A stretch of DNA of 64,000 bases from NCBI RefSeq assembly GCF_963676685.1, contig NC_092344.1, positions 121,272,001-121,336,000 on the forward strand, given 5' to 3'. Both the position numbers and the translations under genes were made by a program. The notes beneath the pieces were generated by a model. That model ran no database searches. It saw only the letters and a program-made list of their open reading frames with translations, and was not told the DNA's origin. Shown piece after piece: positions 1 to 11,678 of this stretch; within the stretch, counting starts at the first letter, position 1; the number at the start of each line of letters is the position of its first letter. The stretch is from Mytilus edulis. Taxonomy: Eukaryota.

Positions 1-1165
1 TACAGAGAAAACAACAGTCTTAAAACACTACAGAAAAAAACAACAGCCTTAAACACTACAGAGAAAACAACAGCCTTAAAACACTACAGAGAAAACAACA
101 GTCTTAAAACACTACAGAGAAAGCAACAGCCTTAAACACTACAGAGAAAACAACAGCCTTAAAACACTACAGAGAAATAACAGTCTTAAAACACTACAGA
201 GAAAACAACAGCATTAAAACACTACAGAGAAAACAACAGTCTTGAAACACTACAGAGAAAACAACAGCCATAAAACACTACAGAGAAAACAACAGCCTTA
301 AAACACTACAGAGAAATAACAGTCTGAAAACACTATAGAGAAAACAACCGCCTTAAAACACTACTGAAAAAACAACAGTCTTAAAACACTACAGAGAAAA
401 CAACAGCCATAAAACACTACAGAGAAAACAACAGCCTTAAACACTACAGAGAAAACAACAGCCTTAAAACACTACAGAGAAATAACAGCCTTAAAATACT
501 ACAGAGAAATAACCGCCTTAAAACACTACAGAGAAAACAACAGCCTTTAACATTACAAAGAAAACAACAGTCTTAAAACACTACAAAAAAAACAACAGCC
601 TTAAACACTACAGAGAAAACAACAGCCTTAAAACACTACAGAGAAAACAACAGTCTTAAAACACTACAGAGAAAGCAACTGCCTTAAACACTACAGAGAA
701 AACAACAGCCTTAAAACACTACAGAGAAATAACAGTCTTAAATACTACAGAGAAAACAACAGCATTAAAACACTACAGAGAAAACAACAGTCTTGAAACA
801 CTACAGAGAAAACAACAGCCATAAAACACTACAGAGAAAACAACAGCCTTAAAACACTACAGAGAAATAACAGTCTTAAAACACTATAGAGAAAACAACC
901 GCCTTAAAACACTACTGAAAAAACAACAGTCTTAAAACACTACAGAGAAAACAACAGCCTTAAAACACTTCAGAGAAAACAACAGCCTTAAAACACTACA
1001 GAGAAATAACAGCCTTAAAATACTACAGACAAATAACCGCCTTAAAACACTACAGAGAAAACAACAGCCTTAAAACACTACAGAGAAAACAACAGCCTTT
1101 ATCATTACAGAGAAAACAACAGTCTTAAAACACTACAGAGAAAACAACAGCCTATGACACTACTC
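1..1165. repeat. 28-bp tandem satellite, array A (CACTACAGAGAAAACAACAGCCTTAAAA)
   Basis: About 41 monomers of 27-29 bp. Diagnostic variants (AAGCAAC at 121/673, CACTATAG at 331/882) recur about 552 bp apart, indicating a higher-order repeat. Confidence 0.95.
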
Positions 1166-1409
1166 AGTTAACAACATAATATAAACACTACATAAAAAAA
1201 TAGCCTACTACACAGAAAAACTGTATAGAAAGACACTACACAAAAAAAATAGCCTACTACACAGAATAAACTGTCTAGAAAGGCACTACACAAAAAAATA
1301 GCCTACTACACAGAAAAAACTGTCTAGAAAGGGTCTACACAGAAAAAAGTTTTCAAACACGTCACAGCCTACAAACACTGCAAAAAACCAGCCTATAAAC
1401 ACTGCACAA

Positions 1410-2055
1410 GTAACAACAGCCTACAACCAATACACAGAAAACAACAGCCTACAACCAATACACAGAAAACAACAACCTACAACCAATACACAGAAAACAA
1501 CAGCCTACAACAGCCTACAACCAATACACAGAAAACAACAGCCTACAACCAATACACAGAATACAACAGCCTACAACAGCCTACAACCAATACACAGAAT
1601 ACAACAGCCTACAACCATTACACAGAAAACAACAGCCTACAACAGCCTACAACCAATACACAGAAAACAACAGCCTAGGCTACAACAGCCTACAACCAAT
1701 ACACAGAAAACAACAACCAACAACCAATACACAGAAAACAACAGCCTACAACCAATACACAGAAAACAACAGCCTACAACCAATACACAGAAAACAACAA
1801 CCAACAACCAATACACAGAAAACAACAGCATACAACCAATACACAGAAAACAACAGCCTACAACCAATACACAGAAAACAACAACCAACAATCAATACAC
1901 AGAAAACAACAGCCTACAACCAATACACAGAAAACAACAGCCTACAACCAATACACAGAAAACAACAGCCTACAACCAATACACAGAAAACAACAGCCTA
2001 CAACCAATACACAGAAAACAACAACCAACAACCAATACACAGAAAACAATAGCCT
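1410..2055. repeat. 28-bp tandem satellite, array B (CAGCCTACAACCAATACACAGAAAACAA)
   Basis: About 22 monomers sharing the AGAAAACAACAGCCT core with array A; separated from it by a degenerate zone with ~45-bp units (1185-1400). Confidence 0.93.
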
Positions 2056-2384
2056 TAAAAATCTACACTAAAACAAATCAGCCTACAAACACTACACAGA
2101 CATCAACAGCCTAAAACATTATACAGAAACAACACGTACAGATCACTTAACCCATATTTTGTACTGAATCACATTTCTGAAGACGACAGCTAACTTTACA
2201 AGGAAATCAACAGTCTACAAGACCACATTATATAACAGGGCCTTGATAAATTGGAATTGTGGGCCAAAAACTGCAGTATGAAACATTTTGATATCTTGTC
2301 TATGAACGAAACACGTAGTAACTTTTACAAACTAATCAAACAAACGCTCTATACGAAAAGAAGTAAACGCCGACCCATACATTT

Positions 2385-2600
2385 ATCGTTTCTCGTTTTT
2401 TATATAGATTAGACCGTTGGTTTTCCCGCTTGAATGGTTTTACACTAGTAATTTTGGGGCCCTTTATAGCTTTTTGTTCGGTGTGAGCCAAGGCTTCGTG
2501 TTGAAGGCCGTACATTGACCTATAATGGTTTACTTTTATAAATTGTTATTTGGATAGAGAGTTGTCTCATTGGCACTCACACCACATCTTCCTATATCTA
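2385..2600 (+). mobile_element. Short interspersed repeat family ending GAGAGTTGTCTCATTGGCA(C/A)TCATACCACATCTTC
   Basis: Near-identical copy at ~30940-31210. The 3' motif recurs at ~9960, 10295, 16262, 35895, 55888, 56400 and reversed at ~4360, 35005, 63665. Confidence 0.7.
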
Positions 2601-3785
2601 TTGGACTCCAAATTATCAGACGACCGAAAATGGAAAACACACATAGTAAACGCAAGCAAAAAAAGCAAGTTTCATAAGACGCAATCTAAAATATTGACCA
2701 GAATAATAATGCAAAAACGCATACATATATGTCTCTAATAATGTAAACCATGAAATATCGAATGAGACTATACACACAAAAGACAAGTACAATTGATACA
2801 AAGGGATTTACGTTACATCATTAGAAATAATAAATCAAGATGTGACAGATGCATCACAGAAATGAATCAAAATTAAAACTTCATGTGATAGATATTTTAC
2901 GATTTTCAAGAGCATTTGGCAATCCAAAGACAAGGTACGGTTTGTCATATCTAGTGTTGTCACAATCTACGGCATAATTGTCTCTGTTTGAACAGTCATA
3001 ATGTTTTCGATTCCCTGGATCCCTGCTTGACAATAGGTGTCCCGTGATACAAAGCAGAGATTGAGTCAGGATACCAGGCTATACGTATACTTCAAACGAT
3101 AAAGCTAGGCAAAATGCATAACATTAAAATTTATCAAAATTGATAAAAATGTGTGATGATTAACAACGAGATATCATGAGAGACTTTGATCAGCGACATT
3201 TTATTTGATGTTGTCAACTTCCTGCGGGTCTGGATATACAAGGCAATACACATGATTTAACACTTTGACAATTTAATCATTTAAGGTAATTGTTTCTAGT
3301 TATGTTCACGAATAAATACTAAAAATATACATTTTGCAGGGGAAAATAAAAATGATAAAATGCCAAAATGCTCAATGATTTTTATAAATTTAACTTGTTT
3401 AGAAGTATACGGTAGTTTATTTTTGAGATATATATGTCATATATAAGTTTTGCATCAAGTACTTCAGATTTTGTCTACAACTTATCCTCTAATACGACAA
3501 TATGATAATAAATGAATTATTATCACAAAGAAAATAAACCATAAGTTCAATTTTACTCGTCAAAACGGTTTTTAAGATAACGAGTTTTTAAATTAAGATA
3601 TATGCTTCTTTTACTCAGCATGTAAACGTTATATTTATTTCAGGACGTATTAAACACGAAAATGCGGTGTGGTCTTTCAATTCCTGAATGATTAAAACTA
3701 AAATTATCAATATTAACCAGTTATGGAATAGTTAGTAAACCTTGATCAGACCGAATCTTATACACAACAGAAACCAGACTCCATC

Positions 3786-6700
3786 ATGAAGTTTACTTTT
3801 CTTCACACAATAGACAAGGCCTATGCAGGGATAGCCATTGTCATGTCAACATTATCCATCTTGTCTTGTTTCATTATCATTGCCGTCCTCATATCTTGTA
3901 AATCACTGCGTACTAATGGACGAACTTTGTTAATATGTCTGACAGTGGCCAATTTTGTGTCCTGTGTCGGCAGTATTGTTGCTGCGGGGGTATCAGTGTT
4001 CACACCAGAACTAACATGGAGCAACTTTCCCGTCTGTGCCGCTGCTAGCGCAATCTCTATAGTGTCTAATGTGTGTGCCTATCTGTGGACATGTGCTATA
4101 AGTTTATATGTTTATCTGTGCATCAGCTGGAAGAAAGACGTTCTTGCCGACAAACTGAGAGGGGTTTTCCATCTTGTCTGCTGGGGATTTCCAGGTAATT
4201 ATCCCAACATTATACTATTATTAGTATGATTCAATTTAGATTTATTGCTGTAATATTTAGTACACTTTCCCTTTATGTGAAAATTAAGTGCAAATGACAA
4301 CAGATATGAGTATTCAAACGAAGTTTTAAAAATATTCAAATCAATATAAATTTAAGGAGAGGTGATATGATTGCCAATGAGATAACTATCCACCAAAGTT
4401 CAAATGAAGGCGACATAAACAATTTTAGGCAAACTGTTTAAAAAAAATGAAATCAGTGATGACTATGTTTGATATAAAATGATATTTCCATTACTATACT
4501 GAGAATGAAAATGTATAATATTGATATGATTGCACTTTTTTTAAGTCGCTGTAATGGTAATAGCCACTGCCTCAGATGTGATAGGATTTAACTTTGGCAA
4601 AGCAAAGGTTGAGCGTCGACCTCCATGGTGTTGGATAGACCGAGAGACAGAGAAATTTGAGATGTGGGAATTAGTTACAGGATTGGGGTGGAGGATAGCT
4701 ACCATCATTATATGCACTGCACTTTACAGTTTTGTACAATTCTCGCTTTCTGTCCAGGTGAGCATACCCACATTTTAGATAAATACAAATAGAAAATAGT
4801 TAAAGTAATTTGGTTTTTTTTTCAAGGATCTTTTTATATTGGTTTTCGATCAGATTGACCTTTAAATATTTTTTATTTTGATACACAATTTAAAATATGC
4901 ATAAGATTGACTAGGCCGTCATCGAAGTGATGGTTCTACGTCAAAGTTGCATTTTATAGTTTAAGTTAATAACCTTTTTATTTGCTCAAACAGACAAATA
5001 CTTATGAAGTCTTCCCCTTCACATAATATAACAATTATAATAATTATTCAGGAAAATCCACAAAACAAGAAAATATTGAATTAATTAACCAAGATTTATA
5101 ATGTAATGACGCTATAATGATAATTTAGAAATATTAGTAAAAGTGCAGTTTTCAGTCCATAATTCTTTTGTGAAACCATCTTGTACAGCCATAAAACTAC
5201 AATATTTTTAGAGATGCTCTCTTCAATCTCATCAACTTTTAAGTTGTTTCCTTGTTGTTCACATAGTTTTCCAATACAAAAAATCTTAAAAATCGATACT
5301 TGTAAAGCAAAGAAAATCAAGCAAAATTGAAAATATAATGTTACTAATATGTTTCATTCTTGTATAATTAAACCAGTTTTTTGAGACGTTTCGGCCATTT
5401 GCCATCTTCAGTTCTTTATTTTTCCTCACAACTAAAAAAAAAGTTTTAGGTTAAGATGTCACTCGTAGTATTAGAATTGTGAAGTTAGCCAATAATCCAT
5501 AATCTATACTAATACCTATTGTCTTTTTATGTGTTAAATTCCGTTTATTATCACAACAGACAACTATAATGCTCACACCAAGCGACTGGCATTGTCATAA
5601 ATGCTGACATTAAGCTCTTACAGTGTTTTTTTTAACTTATTTTGACATCATGTTTATATATAAATCTATTGGTAATTGTTGCTAAAAGTGTTTTTTTTTT
5701 ATTATAAAAAGTTGTTTTGTTAAAAAAAAAATGAGTTCTGGGTCACCCTTGAAATCGTGACACGTTTCTACACCGATATTATAGGTTTCATCTGAGACTA
5801 CTATAACACATATGTGTTATAGTAGTCTCAGGTTTCATCGACTTTGACTTTTAATTGTATCAATGTGGCCTCTTTTGTCTCGTATTGAATTGCTTCACTT
5901 TGAAAACTCGGCAAATGTGAAATATTTATCTATTTTCGTGAACACCGTTTGACATAGTCATGTAAGGGCACATTTAAAATTATGTGTATGGTAACTTTGA
6001 TGTGCATAAAATTTTGGGCCCAAAACAGCCAACTCTTCTTTACAACCGGTGTGCCTTTCGTATATATTTAAAAGATCAAGTTCAAATCAAATTTTAACAA
6101 TATATCAAATTATAGGAGGATACTGTTGTATGTTTTGACCCTTGGGTACCTAGTTACATATATATAAGCTTTTCATAAAATACATTAAAACTGCACATAT
6201 AATTTCCATTAAGCAGGGAAAACCAGACGAAGAACAAATCGATGAGTTTGAGGAAGACTTGACACTTAGAATACAGAAAGCAAACCGAAAATTAAGACAT
6301 ATACCGTTGATTTTTGTTGTGCTTAATGCATGGGGTGCCTGGCAAGAAATGGCGTCTGCCCTCTCTACAACGGCTAGTTGGCTTGTATTAATGCAGGTAA
6401 TACGATCGTTAATTTTGACAGAACTTGACCTCTATTCGATACATTTTTTCTTGGCTTGCCTTGTGTAGCTAGCGAGTAATTAAACTTGCTCGTATCAATA
6501 TGTCAAAAGAACACTTTTGCCAGAAGCGAACACATGACCATAATTGTTCTGACAACAAGAAATTATCACTTAAAGTTTTTGAGACAAGAAGTGTTAATAC
6601 ATCATACACATAATATATTTTTCCTCATCACCCGCTTGTTTTGCAATAAAAAGCATGCTTAAAGTGTGTATAGTGACAGTGTGGCAAGAAATGCCACCTG

Positions 6701-8237
6701 GATAGCCTGTATTGGGACAAACATTAAATTGTAGTGTTTCATAGTTGCAGTACCTTACGAGTCTAATTGATTAAGTTAGGGCGGACATTTCCATATGTAC
6801 ACGTTTGTTTGCAATAGGGGTGCAAGCTAAGTGTAAAGTAAAGGAAAGTGATGCAATCAATTGTTTTGTACTTTTAAAAGGTAAGTTAATGCTGATGACA
6901 TATATTAAATGGTATCATATATGTTTAATTTCTTCATATTTTTAATAGACTCTGGAGTTTCTTTATCATTACCCAAAACTCAATAGAGGGACTATGCACT
7001 TTATACATTTTAGAAATATGATATAGACCCTATTTGTATACAATATTGACGTGCAGTAATTATGATAGCTGGCATGTATGTTTAAAATAAATTCATATTA
7101 AAAAAAAAAAAATAACCACCAATAATTGACTATCAACAATAACAACATATGGTCAAGATACACAGGCACTTGTCTCTGAAGAAAATACCTTTAACAGGCT
7201 ATAATTATTTGAACTTGGAATTATTTTTAATTATGGAATTTGCATAATTTTTTGTGCTTGAAATTTTTAATAAATTCCATGTTTATTCTGTTCTGTGCTG
7301 TGCACAATACTTTCTATTACCAGTGGCGGATCCAGAAATTTTCATAAGTGGGGGCCCACTGACTGACCTAAGAGGGGGCCCGCTCCAGTCACGCTTCATT
7401 GATTCCCTATATAAGCAACCAAATTTTTCCCCAAAAAGGGGGGGGGGGGCCTGGGCCCCCCCTAAATCCGCCTCTGATTACAGAGAAGATAGTACCGATT
7501 TTGTAATAGAATGCACTGTGCCGTGCACAACACTATCTATACAAAATACGTTGTATGGAAAGTGTTATAAACCGCTTAAACCATTATAATACCAAATAAA
7601 CATGGAATTTGTTAAAAATTTCAAGCACAAGAATTAATGCAATTTCCATAATTAAAAATATTTCCAAGTTAAAAAATAGCCTGTTTTATATGAATGATCC
7701 TATATATACTCTAGTAAGGTGATAATCCAGACATCTTTAAAAGGGGACTCCAACCTAGGAAAAAAGGGGTCTGGTTTCAAACCAAATGTCTCCATTCAAA
7801 ATCATTGATCGTAAAAAAGGGGTTCCAACCCTCTGACTCCTCCGCGGGGTTCCGCCACTGATAAAAACAACTAGATTAAAGTACATAGGTAATTTTTTTC
7901 AGAGACAAGTGGATGTGTCAAAATAGCATCAAGTTTTATTATGATCGTTCAGAAACTCAAAATCTATGTTTTGTCACTATTGATGTGTAATTTATGTCTA
8001 CATATTTTACAGGTTATAGGAGACCATTCTCAGGCATTAGTCAATGTTATTTTGTTGTGCTTCCTGTCAAAAGATGTCCGTACAAAACTGAACATAAAAT
8101 GTCAAAGTATCAGACATTTGTTTTCAAAGAAAACATCAGGACTTCGACCATTGGAATTAGAAGAACTCAGATCAGATAGCAATCAATTAATGGATGAAAT
8201 TGAACTAAATGAAGAACACGATCAGGTCCAAGGTTGA
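3786..8237 (+). CDS. GPR157: GPR157-like (cAMP-receptor-like) 7TM G protein-coupled receptor, 341 aa
   Basis: Exons 3786-4194, 4546-4757, 6217-6396 (or 6214, NAGNAG) and 8013-8237; all GT-AG with consistent phases 1,0,0. Motifs LLICLTVAN, FHLVCWGFP, WCWI, ANRKLRHIPLIF and LMQVIGDHSQALVNVILL match the GPR157 family. Orthology versus paralogy not established. Confidence 0.85.
5793..5830. mobile_element. 38-bp perfect palindromic insertion with 9-bp target-site duplication
   Basis: TGAGACTACTATAACACAT|ATGTGTTATAGTAGTCTCA flanked by direct repeats GGTTTCATC (5784-5792, 5831-5839). Confidence 0.8.
7321..7476. mobile_element. GC-rich MITE (TIR CAGTGGCGGA / TCCGCCTCTG)
   Basis: Imperfect TIRs, flanking 5-bp direct repeat ATTAC. 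A decayed relative ends TTCCGCCACTG at ~7860. Confidence 0.75.
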
Positions 8238-8639
8238 CAAAACAACAGAAGAGTTATCTTTCCATACAATGAAAAGATGCATGACGTCAACGTTATTCTG
8301 ACTATTTGCTTGTACACAGTCAATGATATGTATAACATGTTTGGCACTGAACAACCAATAAATCAACCAACCATTGTACTCTACAAAATAATCAACTCAG
8401 TACAATAAGCAACATATGCAAGATAATTTATAAAGATGACTTAAATTGTTCTGTATGCAAATTACAAGCTGACAATATAATTTAATGATTTGCTAATCAA
8501 GTCTATACAATGACATTTTGAATATAAAGTTTACCAAAGGAAGTTGAATGAAACTCCCTTGCATGGTGCAAACATTGTTAGATCTCCCTCATATTAGTGG
8601 TTGAGTTTAACATTGATGAGATATCAACACAGATTCAAT

Positions 8640-8668
<29 letters not shown>
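8640..8668. repeat. Poly-C run (~29 nt)
   Basis: Homopolymer read directly from the sequence. Confidence 0.9.
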
Positions 8669-8670
<2 letters not shown>

Positions 8671-8823
8671 AAAAAACCAACCCCAAACCAAACCATAACA
8701 AACCACAACAACAAACAAATCCAAAACAAAACAAAGCTAGAGGGCAATATAGAGTCTTCAGCACTGTAATTCAGGTGTAGAATAGCAGTGAATAAAAGGT
8801 GTAGAATTTTAATTAGGCCAGCA

Positions 8824-9407
8824 AAGGAGAAGGTTCACGAAGGGTTAAAATTGGCCCTTAATTTTTAATGTTTTTTTTTAAATCAGGCCAAACAATTACA
8901 AATTTCAAATAGAAATACTTTTGATAATACAGTTAAGACAAAAATGTATTTTTGGCACCTTCCTTTGAAAAATTTGAAGCTATGACCCCTTAAATATACA
9001 TTATTTGTATTTTAGGTCAAGTTTGGTCAATTTTGTCCAAAATTTTAATTGTTTTTGGCATAATTAACCGTGGCCGCCATCCACGATCCAAAAAGGTTTT
9101 ATACTGATGAATTCTATATCACATTTGGAATCTTTTGGTTACAAAATATTTTGGATCGTAGGTGGCGGCCAAATTTTTCCTAAAGCTTTTAGGTCTGAAA
9201 ATTGCCTCAAATCATCATAATTTGACAAAATGTCCAAAATGGGCCCAATTTGGAGAGTATTATGTACTTTTATGAAAAGAACTGATTTATTGAGCATTAT
9301 ACCTTTTGAAATAGACCCATTTACGTACCAATTTTTGAACTTTTTGTTGTTTTATGATAAAGTTGATGTTTTAGGTTATTTTGGGCCATAAGTAAACCCT
9401 GTCCTTT
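8824..9407. mobile_element. Non-autonomous DNA transposon (MITE)
   Basis: Imperfect TIRs AAAGGAGAAGGTT / AACCCTGTCCTTT; internal inverted repeat GGCCGCCATCCACGATCCAAAA (9072) / TTTTGGATCGTAGGTGGCGGCC (9149). Confidence 0.6.
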
Positions 9408-10102
9408 GGATGCATAAATTCAACTTATAAGAGAAATGTCAAATAATAAACAAATTAGTGTGATCTCAGGTTGTTATTACTCATGCATATTGATTCAATG
9501 ATAGACTATAAATTTTTGATAGGTTTTTGATATTTTACAGTCATATATTAAGGGGAGATAACTCCCAATTTTATTATTAAGGAAGCTTGTAGCAGATAAA
9601 AGTCAGTGATACCGTTTTTTCCTTTTGATATTTTGAAAGCATTTTATATGAGCTATCTTCTAGATTTATTTTATTTTAATTTAAAAATTCTGTCATTTAG
9701 TTTACCGTCTATTCAAATTATGATGCTTCATCTCATTACTGGTATATTCAATACAAAATGTGAAATAACTCAGTGGTTGTTTCTTACTATGTAACATATT
9801 GTTTTTCGTTTAATATTTTGTACATAAATTATTTCTTGTTTAAATCGTTTTATACTTATCATTTCGGGACCTTTATAATTGACCATTTGGTATGGGTTTT
9901 ACTCCTTTTTGAAGACCGTACAGTGAACTATAGTTATAAATCTCTATGTCATTTGGTCTCTGGAGAGTAGATAATCATACCATATATTCTTATTTTTATA
10001 TTGACAATAAGGTAAACAGTTTTTGGTTTATTTCTTGAGATCTTGAAGATGTATTGGTATTGGAAGGTTTGTAGTGTATATTCTGATGTCTATTTTTTTA
10101 TG

Positions 10103-10340
10103 GGCCTATTGAACAAGTGGTCTAAGTTGTTCATCCTTAGGGTCCCTAGTCTGTCAACACTGAGGTTGTGAGTTCCAACCCCACTCTAGGGAGGTGAGCT
10201 CGAGATTTTAATTGACTAGGATTGCATCTTTTCCTCTCACAACAAAATAAGGGCAACATGAAATAGACAAGAACCCTGTAATAGTGTCTCTTGTGGAGAG
10301 TTGTCTCATTGGCAATCATACCACATCTTCTTTTTTTATA
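10103..10340 (+). mobile_element. Degenerate tRNA-derived SINE-like element
   Basis: A-box-like AGTGGTCTAAG and B-box-like GAGTTCCAACCC, followed by the common GAGAGTTGTCTCATTGGC tail. Confidence 0.45.
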
Positions 10341-11678
10341 TTAAACACCCAAATCTATTTTTGGAATACAGAATTGTTGTGATATTTTCTCAATGATGCT
10401 CTATCTCTCTATATATATATATGTGATAACAAGATTACCAATGCTCTTAAATTATAGCATCTAACTGCTATGTGATAGGTGACTGATTTACCACATGGTT
10501 TAGAGAGATAGCACAGAAACTGCTGAAAAATGGTTGTAAAATTATTTTATTTAAAAAAATTCAACTTAAAAATATATAAAAAATACATTTTGAGAGATCA
10601 TTTCTTACTTTCCTTGAATGTCAATTTATGCTGCAAAATTAGACATAAAACTTATTTCAGAAATAATAAAAAATAATAATTATAAAACAAGAAATTGAAA
10701 GAAACACTATATTCCACACACATTCTAACACACACTATGTAACTGACATACCAAAACAATAAATTAAAGGTTTCCTTTTAAATAATATTTGTTGAGTTTT
10801 ATGTGTTCATCCAACTCAATCTCAAATGGAAATCTAGATGATGTCAAAATTCATTATACTACATAATGTATATGCATATAAAATGATCATAATTTGGTAT
10901 GAACGACATTTTGATTTTTTCTTTAAATTATGAGGTATAAAAGTTTATAAAAATAATTCTATTGCATTTTTAGTATGCACAAGGGGAAATTGTTGTAAAA
11001 CAAATACATTCTCAATTTTAAAATACCTAAAAAGATGAATAAAAGATGTGGACATTAATTCTATATGAGACAGTAACCTCAAAACACAAAACCTATAGGC
11101 GTCCTAAGTTCACCTTTAAAAACTGTATAAAGCCTTGTTTGGGACAGAAACTAATGAAGTGGATTTCTGATGTGAGGAATGAGTAAAGGTCAGGTAGAAT
11201 ATTAAATCAGATGAGATATACAGCATTATCATCCTATACCCCAAATAATATCACACGACAATTCAACTTAGCTGCCATTTAATGAACACATGTGCATAAA
11301 ACAAATAATTTAAAAATCACGTATTTTCAACAACTTTCTCCCACAACTTACACATTACATAATATCTAAAGATTAACCAAAAAAACTAGTAGTTCACAGA
11401 CAAGTATACTACATCATTCTTTAATTAATCTGTTTATGTGTTAATGTACCAAAAATCAATATGACCTTTTATTTAACAAATAAACACCATTATATTTTAG
11501 AATCAACTTTCATATTGACTTCTGTAAATGATTACGTCATAACCATGAATAGAAATAAACATCTAATCTCACTTTTATACCACATGTACTCAAAACTAAA
11601 CAATTAACCTTTGAAGTAACTTCTCACAGCACATGTACATCATACAAATTTAAATATCAACCCTTAAATAAATTAACA

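Noticed and set aside
1637-1891. 84-aa hydrophobic ORF
   Set aside because: Translation of satellite B on the minus strand.
7254-7589. 111-aa ORF
   Set aside because: Runs through a GC-rich MITE inside the GPCR intron.
8640-8668. Functional G-quadruplex linked to the neighbouring PIF1
   Set aside because: Isolated homopolymer of unreliable length; proximity to a G4 helicase gene is likely coincidence.
10103-10190. tRNA gene
   Set aside because: Only degenerate A/B boxes and no complete cloverleaf; treated as a SINE head.
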